Positions 29,101-37,995 of a stretch of DNA of 54,729 nucleotides are shown in pieces. The stretch is from a virus (taxonomy: Duplodnaviria > Caudoviricetes): IMG/VR virus record IMGVR_UViG_3300032093_000178, positions 1 to 54,729 of that record; one strand, 5' to 3'. How positions within the stretch are numbered: the first letter of the stretch is position 1; each line of letters starts with the position of its first letter. The position numbers and the translations under genes were made by a program. Below the pieces are notes generated by a model, which saw only the letters and a program-made list of their open reading frames with translations, was not told where the DNA came from and made no database searches.

Positions 29101-32100
29101 ACCACCGGTACCAGAAGATGCCGATGTTCCAGATGTAGCAGATGTTCCGCCACTACCAGAAGAACCAGATGTACCAGATGTGCCACTCGTACCTGATGTA
29201 CCAGAGGTGCCAGATGTCCCGGCAGTACCACCACTACCAGAAGATGCAGATGTTCCGGAACTACCACTAGTACCCGATGTTGCAGATGAACCAGAAGAAC
29301 CCGATGTACCAGAAGTTCCTGAACTACCTGAACTACCTGAACTACCAGATGAACCTCCACTTCCAGATGAACCAGAAGTTCCTGCAGAACCAGTTGAACC
29401 ACTACTACCAGATGAACCTCCACTTCCAGAAGAACCAGAAGAACCTGATGTGCCAGATGTTCCTGATGAACCAGATGACCCGGATGTACCAGATGTTCCT
29501 GAACTACCTGAACTTCCTGATGTTCCCGATGACCCGGATGTACCAGATGTTCCAGAACTTCCGTCCGAACCGGATGTACCAGATGTGCCACTAGTGCCAC
29601 TAGTACCGGAACTTCCAGATGAACCAGAAGAACCAGATGTACCAGAGCTTCCAGATGAGCCAGAAGAACCAGATGAACCACTACTACCACTACTTCCAGA
29701 TGAACCAGAAGTTCCAGTTGAACCTGAACTTCCCGAACTACCGGATGAACCAGATGTACCATCTACTCCCGAACTTCCACTGCTTCCAGATGTACCAGAA
29801 GAACCAGAACTACCAGATGAACCAGATGTACCGGTAAATCCAGATGTACCAGAAGAACCAGAAGAACCACCGGTTCCAGATGAACCTACAGCAGCTGCTA
29901 CGTTTCTATATCCTAATTTTTTAGTTATTGGGTCCCACGTTACAACCTCATCATATGATGCCGATACGATTCCCCCAAGCATTATACTACCACTAACACC
30001 TAAACTTCCACTAATTGTAAGTGATGCGTTTATTGTTTGGTCTGTGTTAATTTGTAAGAATGAAGATGTATCAGATGATGGAGTACTTAATGCAAATAAT
30101 GCGTATGATGCGGTTCTTGAAAAAGTTATACTATCCATTCCCAACGGTCCATCTACTCCAGTTGATAAAATATAAGATGCCGTTTGAGATGATTGAGCTG
30201 CTCCACCATTTATTGTTACCAATACTCCATCCGAACCAGATGAAATCACATCTACCCCAGAACCACTAAAGTTTATTTTTGCGGTTTGAGATTTTACTAA
30301 CGAACCAGTATGATAAATAAATAATTCAGTTCCACCACCACCGCCATTTAAAGCGAAAGATGCGGTTAATGCGTAAGAAGAACTTACTGCACTAAACACA
30401 CTCATTGATGCGGTTTGATTGTTTCTTACATATTGAGATGAATCCCCTAATGAAGCGGATAACGATGCTAAAGATGCAGAATCAAATCCTTGAACAGATA
30501 CAGCAACTTCAGCTCTACGAGCATATGATGCTGATAATACTTCACCAAATACTCTATCTCCATTTATAGTACCATTAATCAAAGAACCACCACTACCAAT
30601 TACAACATGTCCAGAAGTTAATCCAGCAAATTTAATTTGAATTGTATCTTCATCGATTGATTTAATTGTACCAGGGATAATTTGGTCTTCCGAACCAGTT
30701 GCGTAAACCTGTACCATTGGGTAAAGGATTCCTAAATTGTGTACAATTGTTAAATCACTTATATTACTAAATGATACGGTTTCAGTTAATGATGTCTCAG
30801 GTTGAGGAACAAAATATCCTCTATTTTCATCAAACCTTAACATATCGTATTCAGCAGATGCAGTTGGTCCTACTCCTTGGAAATTGTATGTACCAATTAA
30901 ACCACCACTTACGATTGGTGCGAATACTGCGTGTGAACCAGTTATATCTACCGCCGATATATTATGTGTTACGGTTAAGTTACCATCAATTGAAGATGAA
31001 GTACTTACTCTAAATCCTAAATCAGGAGATATTTCTGCAAATTGAGAACCCGATTTTAATATTGATGTTTCAAATGCTAAATTCGCAATGTTAATATTTC
31101 TTAACCCACTACCATCTCCCACATATCTACTTCCAGATTGAAGTACAACATCTGAACCAGTTACAAATATACCACCACTCACTGCCAACGAACCAGAGAA
31201 TATTCTTACTGATGTGTTTATTTCTAATCCTTTATTTGGAGAAATAACTGCCTCAACAGATCCAGATATAATTCTATCTAATTGTAAATCTTCCAATGCT
31301 TCCGCAGGGATATTAAATAATCCACTACCATCTCCATCGTATCTTGCAGCAGTTATTGGTACGTTTACATCCAATTTAGATGGGTCAATAATTGCTCTTG
31401 CAGAACCAGAATTAATTTTATCTAATTCAAGATTCTCAATCGCTTCAGGTGGGATGTTAAATAATCCACCACCATCTCCAATGAATAAAGATGCAGTTAA
31501 TGAACCGGTAATTGAAACCGAACCGGTAATTTGTGTTCCTATATCAGAACCAGTAACTCCGGTTACCACTTGGAAGAACTTACCACTTGCTACCGATGCA
31601 GTTGCCGAACCACTAGCAATTAACGGAGCTGCTGCCGCTTGTACATTTGTGATATATCTACCATCACCAAATAAGAATCCTCTTGCAGTTAAATCATCGG
31701 CAGTTAATGAACCACTAACTGAAACACTACCAGTAAATTCAGAACCAATTTCAGAACCAGTTGCCGAAGTTATTACTCTAAAATCAAATCCATTAGCTAC
31801 CGATGCAGTTGCCGAACCACTGGCGATAAAAGGTGCTGCGGCTGCAACTACGTTTGTGATGTATCTACCATCACCAAATATAAATTCAGATGCGTAAAGT
31901 GAACCACTAATTCCTACACTACCAGTAAATTCAGAACCAATTTGAGAACCAGTCTTTGCTGTTATTACTATAAAAGATTCACCACTTGCTACCGAAGCAG
32001 TTGCACTTCCACTTGCTATCAATGGTGCTGCTGCCGCTTGTACGTTTGTGATGTATCTACCATCACCGAATAAGAATTCAGTTGCTCTTATACTTCCACT

Positions 32101-35100
32101 AACTTCAATTGAACCGGTAAATTGAGAACCAACATCCGAACCAGTAAATGGAGTAATTACTTTGAATCCAAAATCAGGTGATACTGATGCGGTTACCGAA
32201 CCAGATTTAATTTCAGTACTAATAAGTGCATCTTCGGTTAATGCTGATTTAGGAATATTTCTTAAAAATGTACCTTCCGCATAAATGAATGAAGAAGAAT
32301 CTATGAATAAACCACCACTTGGGTCATTAACATAGATACTTCCGCTTACTGAAATTGAACCAGTAAATTGTGATGCTATTTGCGTACTAAATGAACCGGA
32401 TTCATCAATAGATGATGTAAATGGTGTTAAAACCCTAAACCCATCAACTGGACTTACTGATGCTGTTACTGAACCAGATTTGATTTCCGCTGATATTAAT
32501 GCGTCTTCGGTTAATGCCGAACGAGGTATATCAAAGAATAATCTACCAGATGAACTAATAAATGAACCACTAGCCATTGTAATACTTCCACTAAACGTAG
32601 AACCACTTTCCAATGATTCAACCAAAAATCCTCTTTCTGGAGTTACAGATGCGGTAATACTACCGGTTGCAATTCTAAATACTTCTTCTGATAATGCCGA
32701 ACGAGGAATATCAAATAATCCTCTACCACTACCACTAAACATAGAAGCCGAAATTGGACCAGATACATCTAAACTTCCGGTAATTTGTGTATCACCTATT
32801 AATGTTATTTCTGATGGTATTTCTAAAAAATCAACAATATTCAATTGTCCCGCCATTGACGAATGCAATTGGCAGTTATAATATAATGTGTTAGGTGAAC
32901 CAGAATACGGAGTAAATACAATATTTCCACTATCATCTCCGTTATTTGTAATACTTTGACTAACGGCATTAGAAGTACCAAATGAATTAACAAACTTAAT
33001 CCACAATGGATGACCTACTGCGTTTACATTAAAAGTATATTGAACACCCCTTACTAATGTTAATGTTGCGTTTGAACCAGATACATTTCCATTACTCACT
33101 ACATACGCACTACTTCCATCGTTAGTTACATATATGATATTATCTATTAATTCGTTAGGCAATGGTCTTGCAGATGATGATACGATAAAACTACCATCAA
33201 ATCTAGAATGAACATTTACTTCAAATCCTTCGTTTGGTGAAATAGATGCCGTTGCCGAACCACTAAATATTTTTGTAGAATCAATTGCTAAATTAGCTAA
33301 TGTAATATTTGATAAGTATCTACCATCACCGATGAAATAAGAACCACTAGTTGAAGTTACATCACCTCTTACTAAAAGACTTCCGGTTATATCAACACTA
33401 CCAGTAAATTCAGAACCACTATCAAATGATTGTACTTTAAATCCAAATAGAGGCGAAACGGATGCAGTTACACTACCACTTGCAATTTTATTTGGTGCAA
33501 ACGATAAAGCAGATTCTGGAATATCAAATAAATTTCTACCACTACCACTAAATGCCGAACCACTTTGTAATTCTATATTTCCAAATGCAAATAAACTACC
33601 ACTAATAGAAACACTACCAGTTAATTGAGAACCAAGTAAACCAGATTCAACAATAAATCCTCTATTTGGCAATGCTGAAGCCGTTACGGATCCAGATGCA
33701 ATTCTAAATAATTCTTGAGATAATGCCGAAAATGGTATATCCGTCAATCCTCTACCACTACCACTAAATACCGATGATGAAATACCAGATTTAAATAAAG
33801 CAGATTGGTTTACTACTAAAGAACCCGTTACAACTAAATTAGATTTTAAATCAGTTGAACCTGTTACAATTAGGTAATCTCTAACGGTTACACCGGTATT
33901 TACTAAAAATCCTTTATCAGGTGAAATAGATGCCGTTGCCGAACCACTAAATATTTTTGATGTATCTAAATCAGATAATGCCGCTACTGGTATATCAAAT
34001 AATTTTCTACCACTACCAGAGAATGATGAACCTGTTATTACTCTAACTTCTCCATAGAATGTAGAACCGGTTTCAATTGAAGTTACAACAAATCCAAAAT
34101 TAGGAGATACTGATGCGGTAACACTACCACTTACAATTTTTTCACTAAATAATGCGTCAGGAGCTAATGCTGTTCTTGGAATATTAAATAATCTTGCACC
34201 ACTACCGGAATACGATGAACCGGATGCAAGTTCTATACCTAAACTACCACTTACAAATATAGAAGATGAAAATTCCGCTCTTTCACCGCCTTCTAATCTA
34301 AATCCATAAATTGGAGAAACGGATGCAGTTACAGAACCAGAAACAATTCTAGTTCCTTCTATCGATGGTACATTTCTTAATCTACTACCATCACCTTCAA
34401 ATGAACCTGTAAAATCCGCTGAAAATATTCTTTCCGCAGTAATTGAGCCAGATACAATAATACTACCCGTAAATTCACTACCTCTTTCTAAAGATTCTAC
34501 TTTAAACCCATAAACAGGCGAAACAGAAGCCGTGACAGAACCACTTGCAATTCTAAATGCATCACCGGTAAATGCCGATTGTGGGATATCAAATAACCCT
34601 CTACCACTACCACTAAAGAATGAACCACTTCCTAAAAATATACTTCCACTTACTCCTAAACTTCCTGTTATATTAGTTTTTCCTATGAATGTAATTTCTG
34701 CAGGTATTTCAATTGAATTAACAATTGTAATATCGCCATTCATAGTACTATGATTCTGACAAATATAATATAGGTTATCCGGTGTTAGTTCATCTGGACT
34801 AAATATAATAGTTCCATTATCAGTACCATTGTTTGTAACATTTGTATTATATGCATCATTCGTTCCGCTAACTTTACTACTTCCTGATTTTATCCAAAAA
34901 GGATGTCCAAGTGCGTTTACGTTAAAAGTATAAGTAACTCCTCTTACTAAAGTCAATGTTGGATTTGAAGCACTTATTGCGTTTGTAAACAAATATGCAC
35001 TAAATCCATTATTTGTTACATCATATACTGTATTTAATGATTGACTTGGTATTGCATAGTTTGAAGATGAAACAATCATACTTCCACTAAACTTACTATA

Positions 35101-36984
35101 AATGTTTACATTAAATCCTTTTACCGGGTCTATTGATGCAGTTGCCGAACCGGAAAATATTAAATTTGTATCTAAATTCGAAATAGCCGAACGAGGTATA
35201 TTAAATAATTTTTCACCACTACCACTAAAAAATGAACCAGATGATAGAAAAATACTACCACTAAATGTAGAACCACTTGCAGTTGATTTTACAACAAATC
35301 CTTCCGAATCGGAAACTGATGCGGTTACACTACCACTCGCTATTAAGTTTGAAATAAGTGCGTCTGGTGATAAAGCCGTTCTTGGAATATTAAATAATCG
35401 TTCACCACTACCACTAAACGAAGAACCAGAAGATAATTCAACACCACCACTTACAAATAATGAACCAGTGAATTGAGAACCACTTTCTAATGATTCTACT
35501 TTAAATCCTTCGGTTGGTGAAACGGATGCAGTTACACTGCCACTCGCAATACGGAATACTTCTTCCGATAATGCAGAACGCGGGATATCAAATAACCCTC
35601 TACCACTACCACTATATTGTGATGCAGAAACCGAACCGGTTACTACTAAATATCCATTTATCGCTGCTGATGTGTTAATTTCTAATCCTCTATCCGGTGA
35701 TATCGATGCAGTTGCAGAACCACTTGCAATTCTCGGTGCTACTAACGATGGTACATTTATTAACTTACTACCATCTCCCACAAAGAAAGATGCAGTTACC
35801 GCACCATCAACATTTACCGAACCGGAAATATCCACACTACCAGTAAATTCAGAACCACTTGCCGCAGATTCTACTCTAAACCCATAAACAGGAGAAACGG
35901 AAGCAGTTACCGAACCACTTGCAATTCTAAAAGGTGCAAATGATAAAGCGGATTCTGGAATATCAAAAAGAAATCTACCAGAACCACTAAAGAATGAACC
36001 AGACGATAGTTTAATACTACCAGTAAATTCAGAACCACTATCAGGTGATTCAACTCTAAATCCATAAACTGGAGAAACAGATGCGGTTACACTACCACTT
36101 GAAATTCTAAAAGGTGCAAATGATAAAGCGGATTCAGGTATATCAAAAAGGTCTCTACCACTACCACTAAATACAGAACCGCTACTTAATTTTACACTAC
36201 CACTAAATATCGAACCGCTTTCTAATGAAATAACTAAAAATCCATTTTCAGGACTAACTGATGCGGTTACGCTACCACTTGCCAATTTTGTAGCCTGTGG
36301 GAGATTGATTAAATTTGCACCATCTCCAAAAAAAGAACCAGTAAATGATGCCGAAATAGAAGAACCCGTAGCTTCTCCAAATATAATTTGATTTTCTACT
36401 GCTAAAGAACCTGTTATAGTTACGCTACCAGTAAATTCTTGCTTATCACTTAATTCATCACCAAATTTGTTTGAACCAGATGAATAAATTACCGATGATG
36501 AAATTATACTAACAACTAATTGTTCGGCGTATATTGATTTTGATACATATAAGTTTTCTGCAATCGTTGTATCAACATTTATTTGTAATCCAAAATTAGG
36601 TGAAATAGAAGCAGTTGCAGAACCACTTGCTAATCTAATTGTATCTGGTAAATTAAATAAACCAGCACCATCACCAAAATATGAACCAGAAAACGAACCA
36701 GTATAAGAACCAGTAAAACTACCGCTCAAAGATTCGGCACTACCGGTAAAAGACCCCGTAAATTGTCCACTTACTCTATCTAAATCAAGGCTTCTTACAA
36801 ATCCTCTATTACCCTGGTCATCCGAAACTACGATAGCCGGTGAACCAGAAAGTGAAGCAGAAAAGTTTGGAACACCCAAATTAGGTTCAACTTGAGATAA
36901 ATCAACGAATTGATACCTATCTTGTGTTACGTTTTTTGGGGATACTACCCTTACCCTACCTGATAATAGATTACTAATTGCCAT
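26155..36984 (-). CDS. Giant fibre protein, 3609 aa: ~24 SGS-rich beta repeats, two cupredoxin-like inserts, ~1080-aa Gly-X-Ser tract, C-terminal beta-sandwich
   Basis: Uninterrupted ORF; repeat 'RIASGSxTASxSPxxGF'; C-terminus 'IDLSTGNNF...TITWPGNVDWAGG...FYTYDGGTTYYG' typical of phage fibre ends. Confidence 0.85.
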   Translation of the reverse strand: MAISNLLSGRVRVVSPKNVTQDRYQFVDLSQVEPNLGVPNFSASLSGSPAIVVSDDQGNRGFVRSLDLDRVSGQFTGSFTGSAESLSGSFTGSYTGSFSGSYFGDGAGLFNLPDTIRLASGSATASISPNFGLQINVDTTIAENLYVSKSIYAEQLVVSIISSSVIYSSGSNKFGDELSDKQEFTGSVTITGSLAVENQIIFGEATGSSISASFTGSFFGDGANLINLPQATKLASGSVTASVSPENGFLVISLESGSIFSGSVKLSSGSVFSGSGRDLFDIPESALSFAPFRISSGSVTASVSPVYGFRVESPDSGSEFTGSIKLSSGSFFSGSGRFLFDIPESALSFAPFRIASGSVTASVSPVYGFRVESAASGSEFTGSVDISGSVNVDGAVTASFFVGDGSKLINVPSLVAPRIASGSATASISPDRGLEINTSAAINGYLVVTGSVSASQYSGSGRGLFDIPRSALSEEVFRIASGSVTASVSPTEGFKVESLESGSQFTGSLFVSGGVELSSGSSFSGSGERLFNIPRTALSPDALISNLIASGSVTASVSDSEGFVVKSTASGSTFSGSIFLSSGSFFSGSGEKLFNIPRSAISNLDTNLIFSGSATASIDPVKGFNVNIYSKFSGSMIVSSSNYAIPSQSLNTVYDVTNNGFSAYLFTNAISASNPTLTLVRGVTYTFNVNALGHPFWIKSGSSKVSGTNDAYNTNVTNNGTDNGTIIFSPDELTPDNLYYICQNHSTMNGDITIVNSIEIPAEITFIGKTNITGSLGVSGSIFLGSGSFFSGSGRGLFDIPQSAFTGDAFRIASGSVTASVSPVYGFKVESLERGSEFTGSIIVSGSITAERIFSADFTGSFEGDGSRLRNVPSIEGTRIVSGSVTASVSPIYGFRLEGGERAEFSSSIFVSGSLGIELASGSSYSGSGARLFNIPRTALAPDALFSEKIVSGSVTASVSPNFGFVVTSIETGSTFYGEVRVITGSSFSGSGRKLFDIPVAALSDLDTSKIFSGSATASISPDKGFLVNTGVTVRDYLIVTGSTDLKSNLVVTGSLVVNQSALFKSGISSSVFSGSGRGLTDIPFSALSQELFRIASGSVTASALPNRGFIVESGLLGSQLTGSVSISGSLFAFGNIELQSGSAFSGSGRNLFDIPESALSFAPNKIASGSVTASVSPLFGFKVQSFDSGSEFTGSVDITGSLLVRGDVTSTSGSYFIGDGRYLSNITLANLAIDSTKIFSGSATASISPNEGFEVNVHSRFDGSFIVSSSARPLPNELIDNIIYVTNDGSSAYVVSNGNVSGSNATLTLVRGVQYTFNVNAVGHPLWIKFVNSFGTSNAVSQSITNNGDDSGNIVFTPYSGSPNTLYYNCQLHSSMAGQLNIVDFLEIPSEITLIGDTQITGSLDVSGPISASMFSGSGRGLFDIPRSALSEEVFRIATGSITASVTPERGFLVESLESGSTFSGSITMASGSFISSSGRLFFDIPRSALTEDALISAEIKSGSVTASVSPVDGFRVLTPFTSSIDESGSFSTQIASQFTGSISVSGSIYVNDPSGGLFIDSSSFIYAEGTFLRNIPKSALTEDALISTEIKSGSVTASVSPDFGFKVITPFTGSDVGSQFTGSIEVSGSIRATEFLFGDGRYITNVQAAAAPLIASGSATASVASGESFIVITAKTGSQIGSEFTGSVGISGSLYASEFIFGDGRYITNVVAAAAPFIASGSATASVANGFDFRVITSATGSEIGSEFTGSVSVSGSLTADDLTARGFLFGDGRYITNVQAAAAPLIASGSATASVASGKFFQVVTGVTGSDIGTQITGSVSITGSLTASLFIGDGGGLFNIPPEAIENLELDKINSGSARAIIDPSKLDVNVPITAARYDGDGSGLFNIPAEALEDLQLDRIISGSVEAVISPNKGLEINTSVRIFSGSLAVSGGIFVTGSDVVLQSGSRYVGDGSGLRNINIANLAFETSILKSGSQFAEISPDLGFRVSTSSSIDGNLTVTHNISAVDITGSHAVFAPIVSGGLIGTYNFQGVGPTASAEYDMLRFDENRGYFVPQPETSLTETVSFSNISDLTIVHNLGILYPMVQVYATGSEDQIIPGTIKSIDEDTIQIKFAGLTSGHVVIGSGGSLINGTINGDRVFGEVLSASYARRAEVAVSVQGFDSASLASLSASLGDSSQYVRNNQTASMSVFSAVSSSYALTASFALNGGGGGTELFIYHTGSLVKSQTAKINFSGSGVDVISSGSDGVLVTINGGAAQSSQTASYILSTGVDGPLGMDSITFSRTASYALFALSTPSSDTSSFLQINTDQTINASLTISGSLGVSGSIMLGGIVSASYDEVVTWDPITKKLGYRNVAAAVGSSGTGGSSGSSGTSGFTGTSGSSGSSGSSGTSGSSGSSGVDGTSGSSGSSGSSGSTGTSGSSGSSGSSGSSGSSGSSGSSGTSGSSGSSGSSGTSGTSGTSGTSGSDGSSGTSGTSGSSGTSGSSGSSGTSGTSGSSGSSGTSGTSGSSGSSGSGGSSGSSGSTGSAGTSGSSGSGGSSGSSGSSGSSGTSGTSGSSGSSATSGTSGSSGTSASSGSGGTAGTSGTSGTSGTSGTSGTSGSSGSGGTSATSGTSASSGTGGSAGTSGTSGTSGQSGTSGTSGSSGSSGTSGSSGSDGSGGSSGTTGTSGSSGTTGSAGSSGSSGTSGSSGEDGSSGTSGSSGSSGSAGTSGTNGSAGSSGSSGSSGTAGSSGSSGSSGSSGSSGSTGSAGTSGSSGSSGTSGTSGTDGTSGSSGTSGSSGSSGTTGSSGSSGSSGSSGSSGVDGTSGTSGSSGTSGSSGTTGSYGTSGSSGSSGSSGTSGKDGTSGSSGTSGSSGSSGSSGTSGLDGTYFGSSGTSGTSGSSGSSGTSGTSGSSGTSGVDGTFFGSSGTSGESGTSGSSGLTGTSGTTGVDGSFGTSGSSGIDGTFFGSAGTSGSSGSSGTSGSSGLSGTDGTSGSSGKDGTFFGSHGTSGTSGESGTSGTSGSSGSSGKDGTSGTSGLDGTFFGSHGTSGSSGSTGSAGTSGESGTSGTSGESGTSGSSGSSGTSAEGSSGTSGSSGESGTSGTSGSDGTSGSAGTSGSSGKDGTFFGSSGTSGTSGSSGSSGTTGSSGSAGTGGTSGVSGTSGSSGKDGTFFGSSGTSGESGTAGTSGSSGQSGTDGSGGSSGSSGTSGKDGTLFGSSGTSGESGTSGTSGESGTSGTSGSSGTSGSSGLDGTYFGSSGTSGVSGTSGSSGQSGTSGVSGTTGTSGSSGKDGTLFGSSGTSGESGTSGVSGTSGTSGLGTNGTSGTSGFDGTYFGSSGTSGKDGTNATGEAGTSGTSGTTPPGFTSGTSGETGTSGTSGTTPPGFTSGTSGSSGESGTAGTSGTTPPGFTSGTSGTSGISGTAGTSGTTPPGFTSGTSGQSGTSGTSAPGFTSGTSGTSGFPLAGNTEDGILTYNAVSFGANVESNLTFNGSTLSVTGNVTVTTSLAATTFVSATTFRETYADQGTGGSVTIDLSTGNNFRRQFNTNSTVTFTNAPGSNAFGFTLVTVNAGAYTITWPGNVDWAGGSQPTLTSVGTDILVFYTYDGGTTYYGFVSGKNFS
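26638..29886 (-). repeat. Gly-X-Ser tract (~1080 aa) with higher-order DGT(F/Y/L)FG and TTPPGFTS units
   Basis: Read directly from the translation; 9-nt periodicity. Confidence 0.95.
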
Positions 36985-37003
36985 TCGTACTTTCCAGCTT
37001 TAT

Positions 37004-37034
37004 TATAAATATGAAAAAAATCACCTATAAATAT
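37004..37034 (-). promoter_or_regulatory. Two tandem ATATTTATA motifs upstream of the 3609-aa gene
   Basis: Plus-strand TATAAATAT at 37004 and 37026. Confidence 0.55.
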
Positions 37035-37052
37035 TAATAGATAATATTATCG

Positions 37053-37970
37053 TTATTCATTAGCAGATTCAAGTAGAGATAGGACTACCGATAATTTGGT
37101 TGAGCCCGAAACTATAAAGCCGTAACCTTCTTCTAATACTAATTTACCAGAAACTACCGGTGAAAGAGAATCGGCTACCGGAATTGTTACATTTGTCACC
37201 AACTCAACAGGTGGTTGTTCGGTAAATACTGGATTTTCAATGGTTGCCTTAATAACATCCACTAAACTATTAACCAAATATATAGATGCCGAAATTCCCG
37301 CTACACTTCCGTTTGTAAATCCAGTTAGTACAGATTGAGTAACTACATTTTGAAATAAAAGTGGAGAATCGACTGAACCCGTTGTTGATTCGTTTTTTAT
37401 AATTTGAGTAGACAGTGTTTTTAAATAATCTAATGCAAATATTGATGCGGAATATTCAGTTGTTGCAATTGCAGATACACCATTTTTATCAAAGTAAGCT
37501 TTTGCTGCTTTATTTGTTCTAATAGTTGTATTATTTACAATATCATATTTTATTGCATCCACATCATCTAAAGTATTTTGTTCAAAGTATGATGATATAA
37601 AAGTAAATGGAGTTTCAGATAAACTATTTTGATTATTAGTATATGCTGCTATTTCTTTTCTTAAAAATTGTCTATTTGCATTTAATAATAAAGATGCACT
37701 CGCAAAACTACCACTAAAATCTAATAAAGACACAGAAGAACTAATAAATGAACTACCATTATATATGTCAACAAATTGTGGTACAGGCAATTCTCTATTA
37801 GATGTAACTAATATAGTAACCGGCTGTGTCACTAAACTATTATTTGTAATTTGACAAGATAGTACAATAGATGAAACTCCTAATGGAGTTGCATATATTT
37901 CATCTTGTTCTCCAGTCAATCCTGTTACTACTGACTGGAACCGATTTAAGGGTACAAAAACTTCTGCCAT
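37053..37970 (-). CDS. Virion protein, 305 aa: small beta-sandwich with one inserted helical repeat
   Basis: Termini resemble the 110-aa protein; the middle ('LLLNANRQFLRKEIAAY...VDAIKYDI') resembles the repeat of the 4184-aa protein. Confidence 0.75.
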   Translation of the reverse strand: MAEVFVPLNRFQSVVTGLTGEQDEIYATPLGVSSIVLSCQITNNSLVTQPVTILVTSNRELPVPQFVDIYNGSSFISSSVSLLDFSGSFASASLLLNANRQFLRKEIAAYTNNQNSLSETPFTFISSYFEQNTLDDVDAIKYDIVNNTTIRTNKAAKAYFDKNGVSAIATTEYSASIFALDYLKTLSTQIIKNESTTGSVDSPLLFQNVVTQSVLTGFTNGSVAGISASIYLVNSLVDVIKATIENPVFTEQPPVELVTNVTIPVADSLSPVVSGKLVLEEGYGFIVSGSTKLSVVLSLLESANE

Positions 37971-37995
37971 TTCTTTTTATTTTTTATTTTCTTTT

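Noticed and set aside
22100-29886. CRISPR array or non-coding satellite
   Set aside because: The repeats are codon-degenerate, in frame and have no unique spacers
26638-29886. InaZ-type ice nucleation protein or classical collagen
   Set aside because: No AGYGSTxT octapeptide period and almost no Pro; only the Gly-X-Y register is shared with collagen
21867-30175. Long Pro/Glu/Asp/Val-rich plus-strand ORFs and alternative-frame ORFs (e.g. 21867-23609, 27366-29138, 28451-30175, 28557-29762)
   Set aside because: Shadow frames produced by the stop-poor 9-nt Gly-X-Ser repeat
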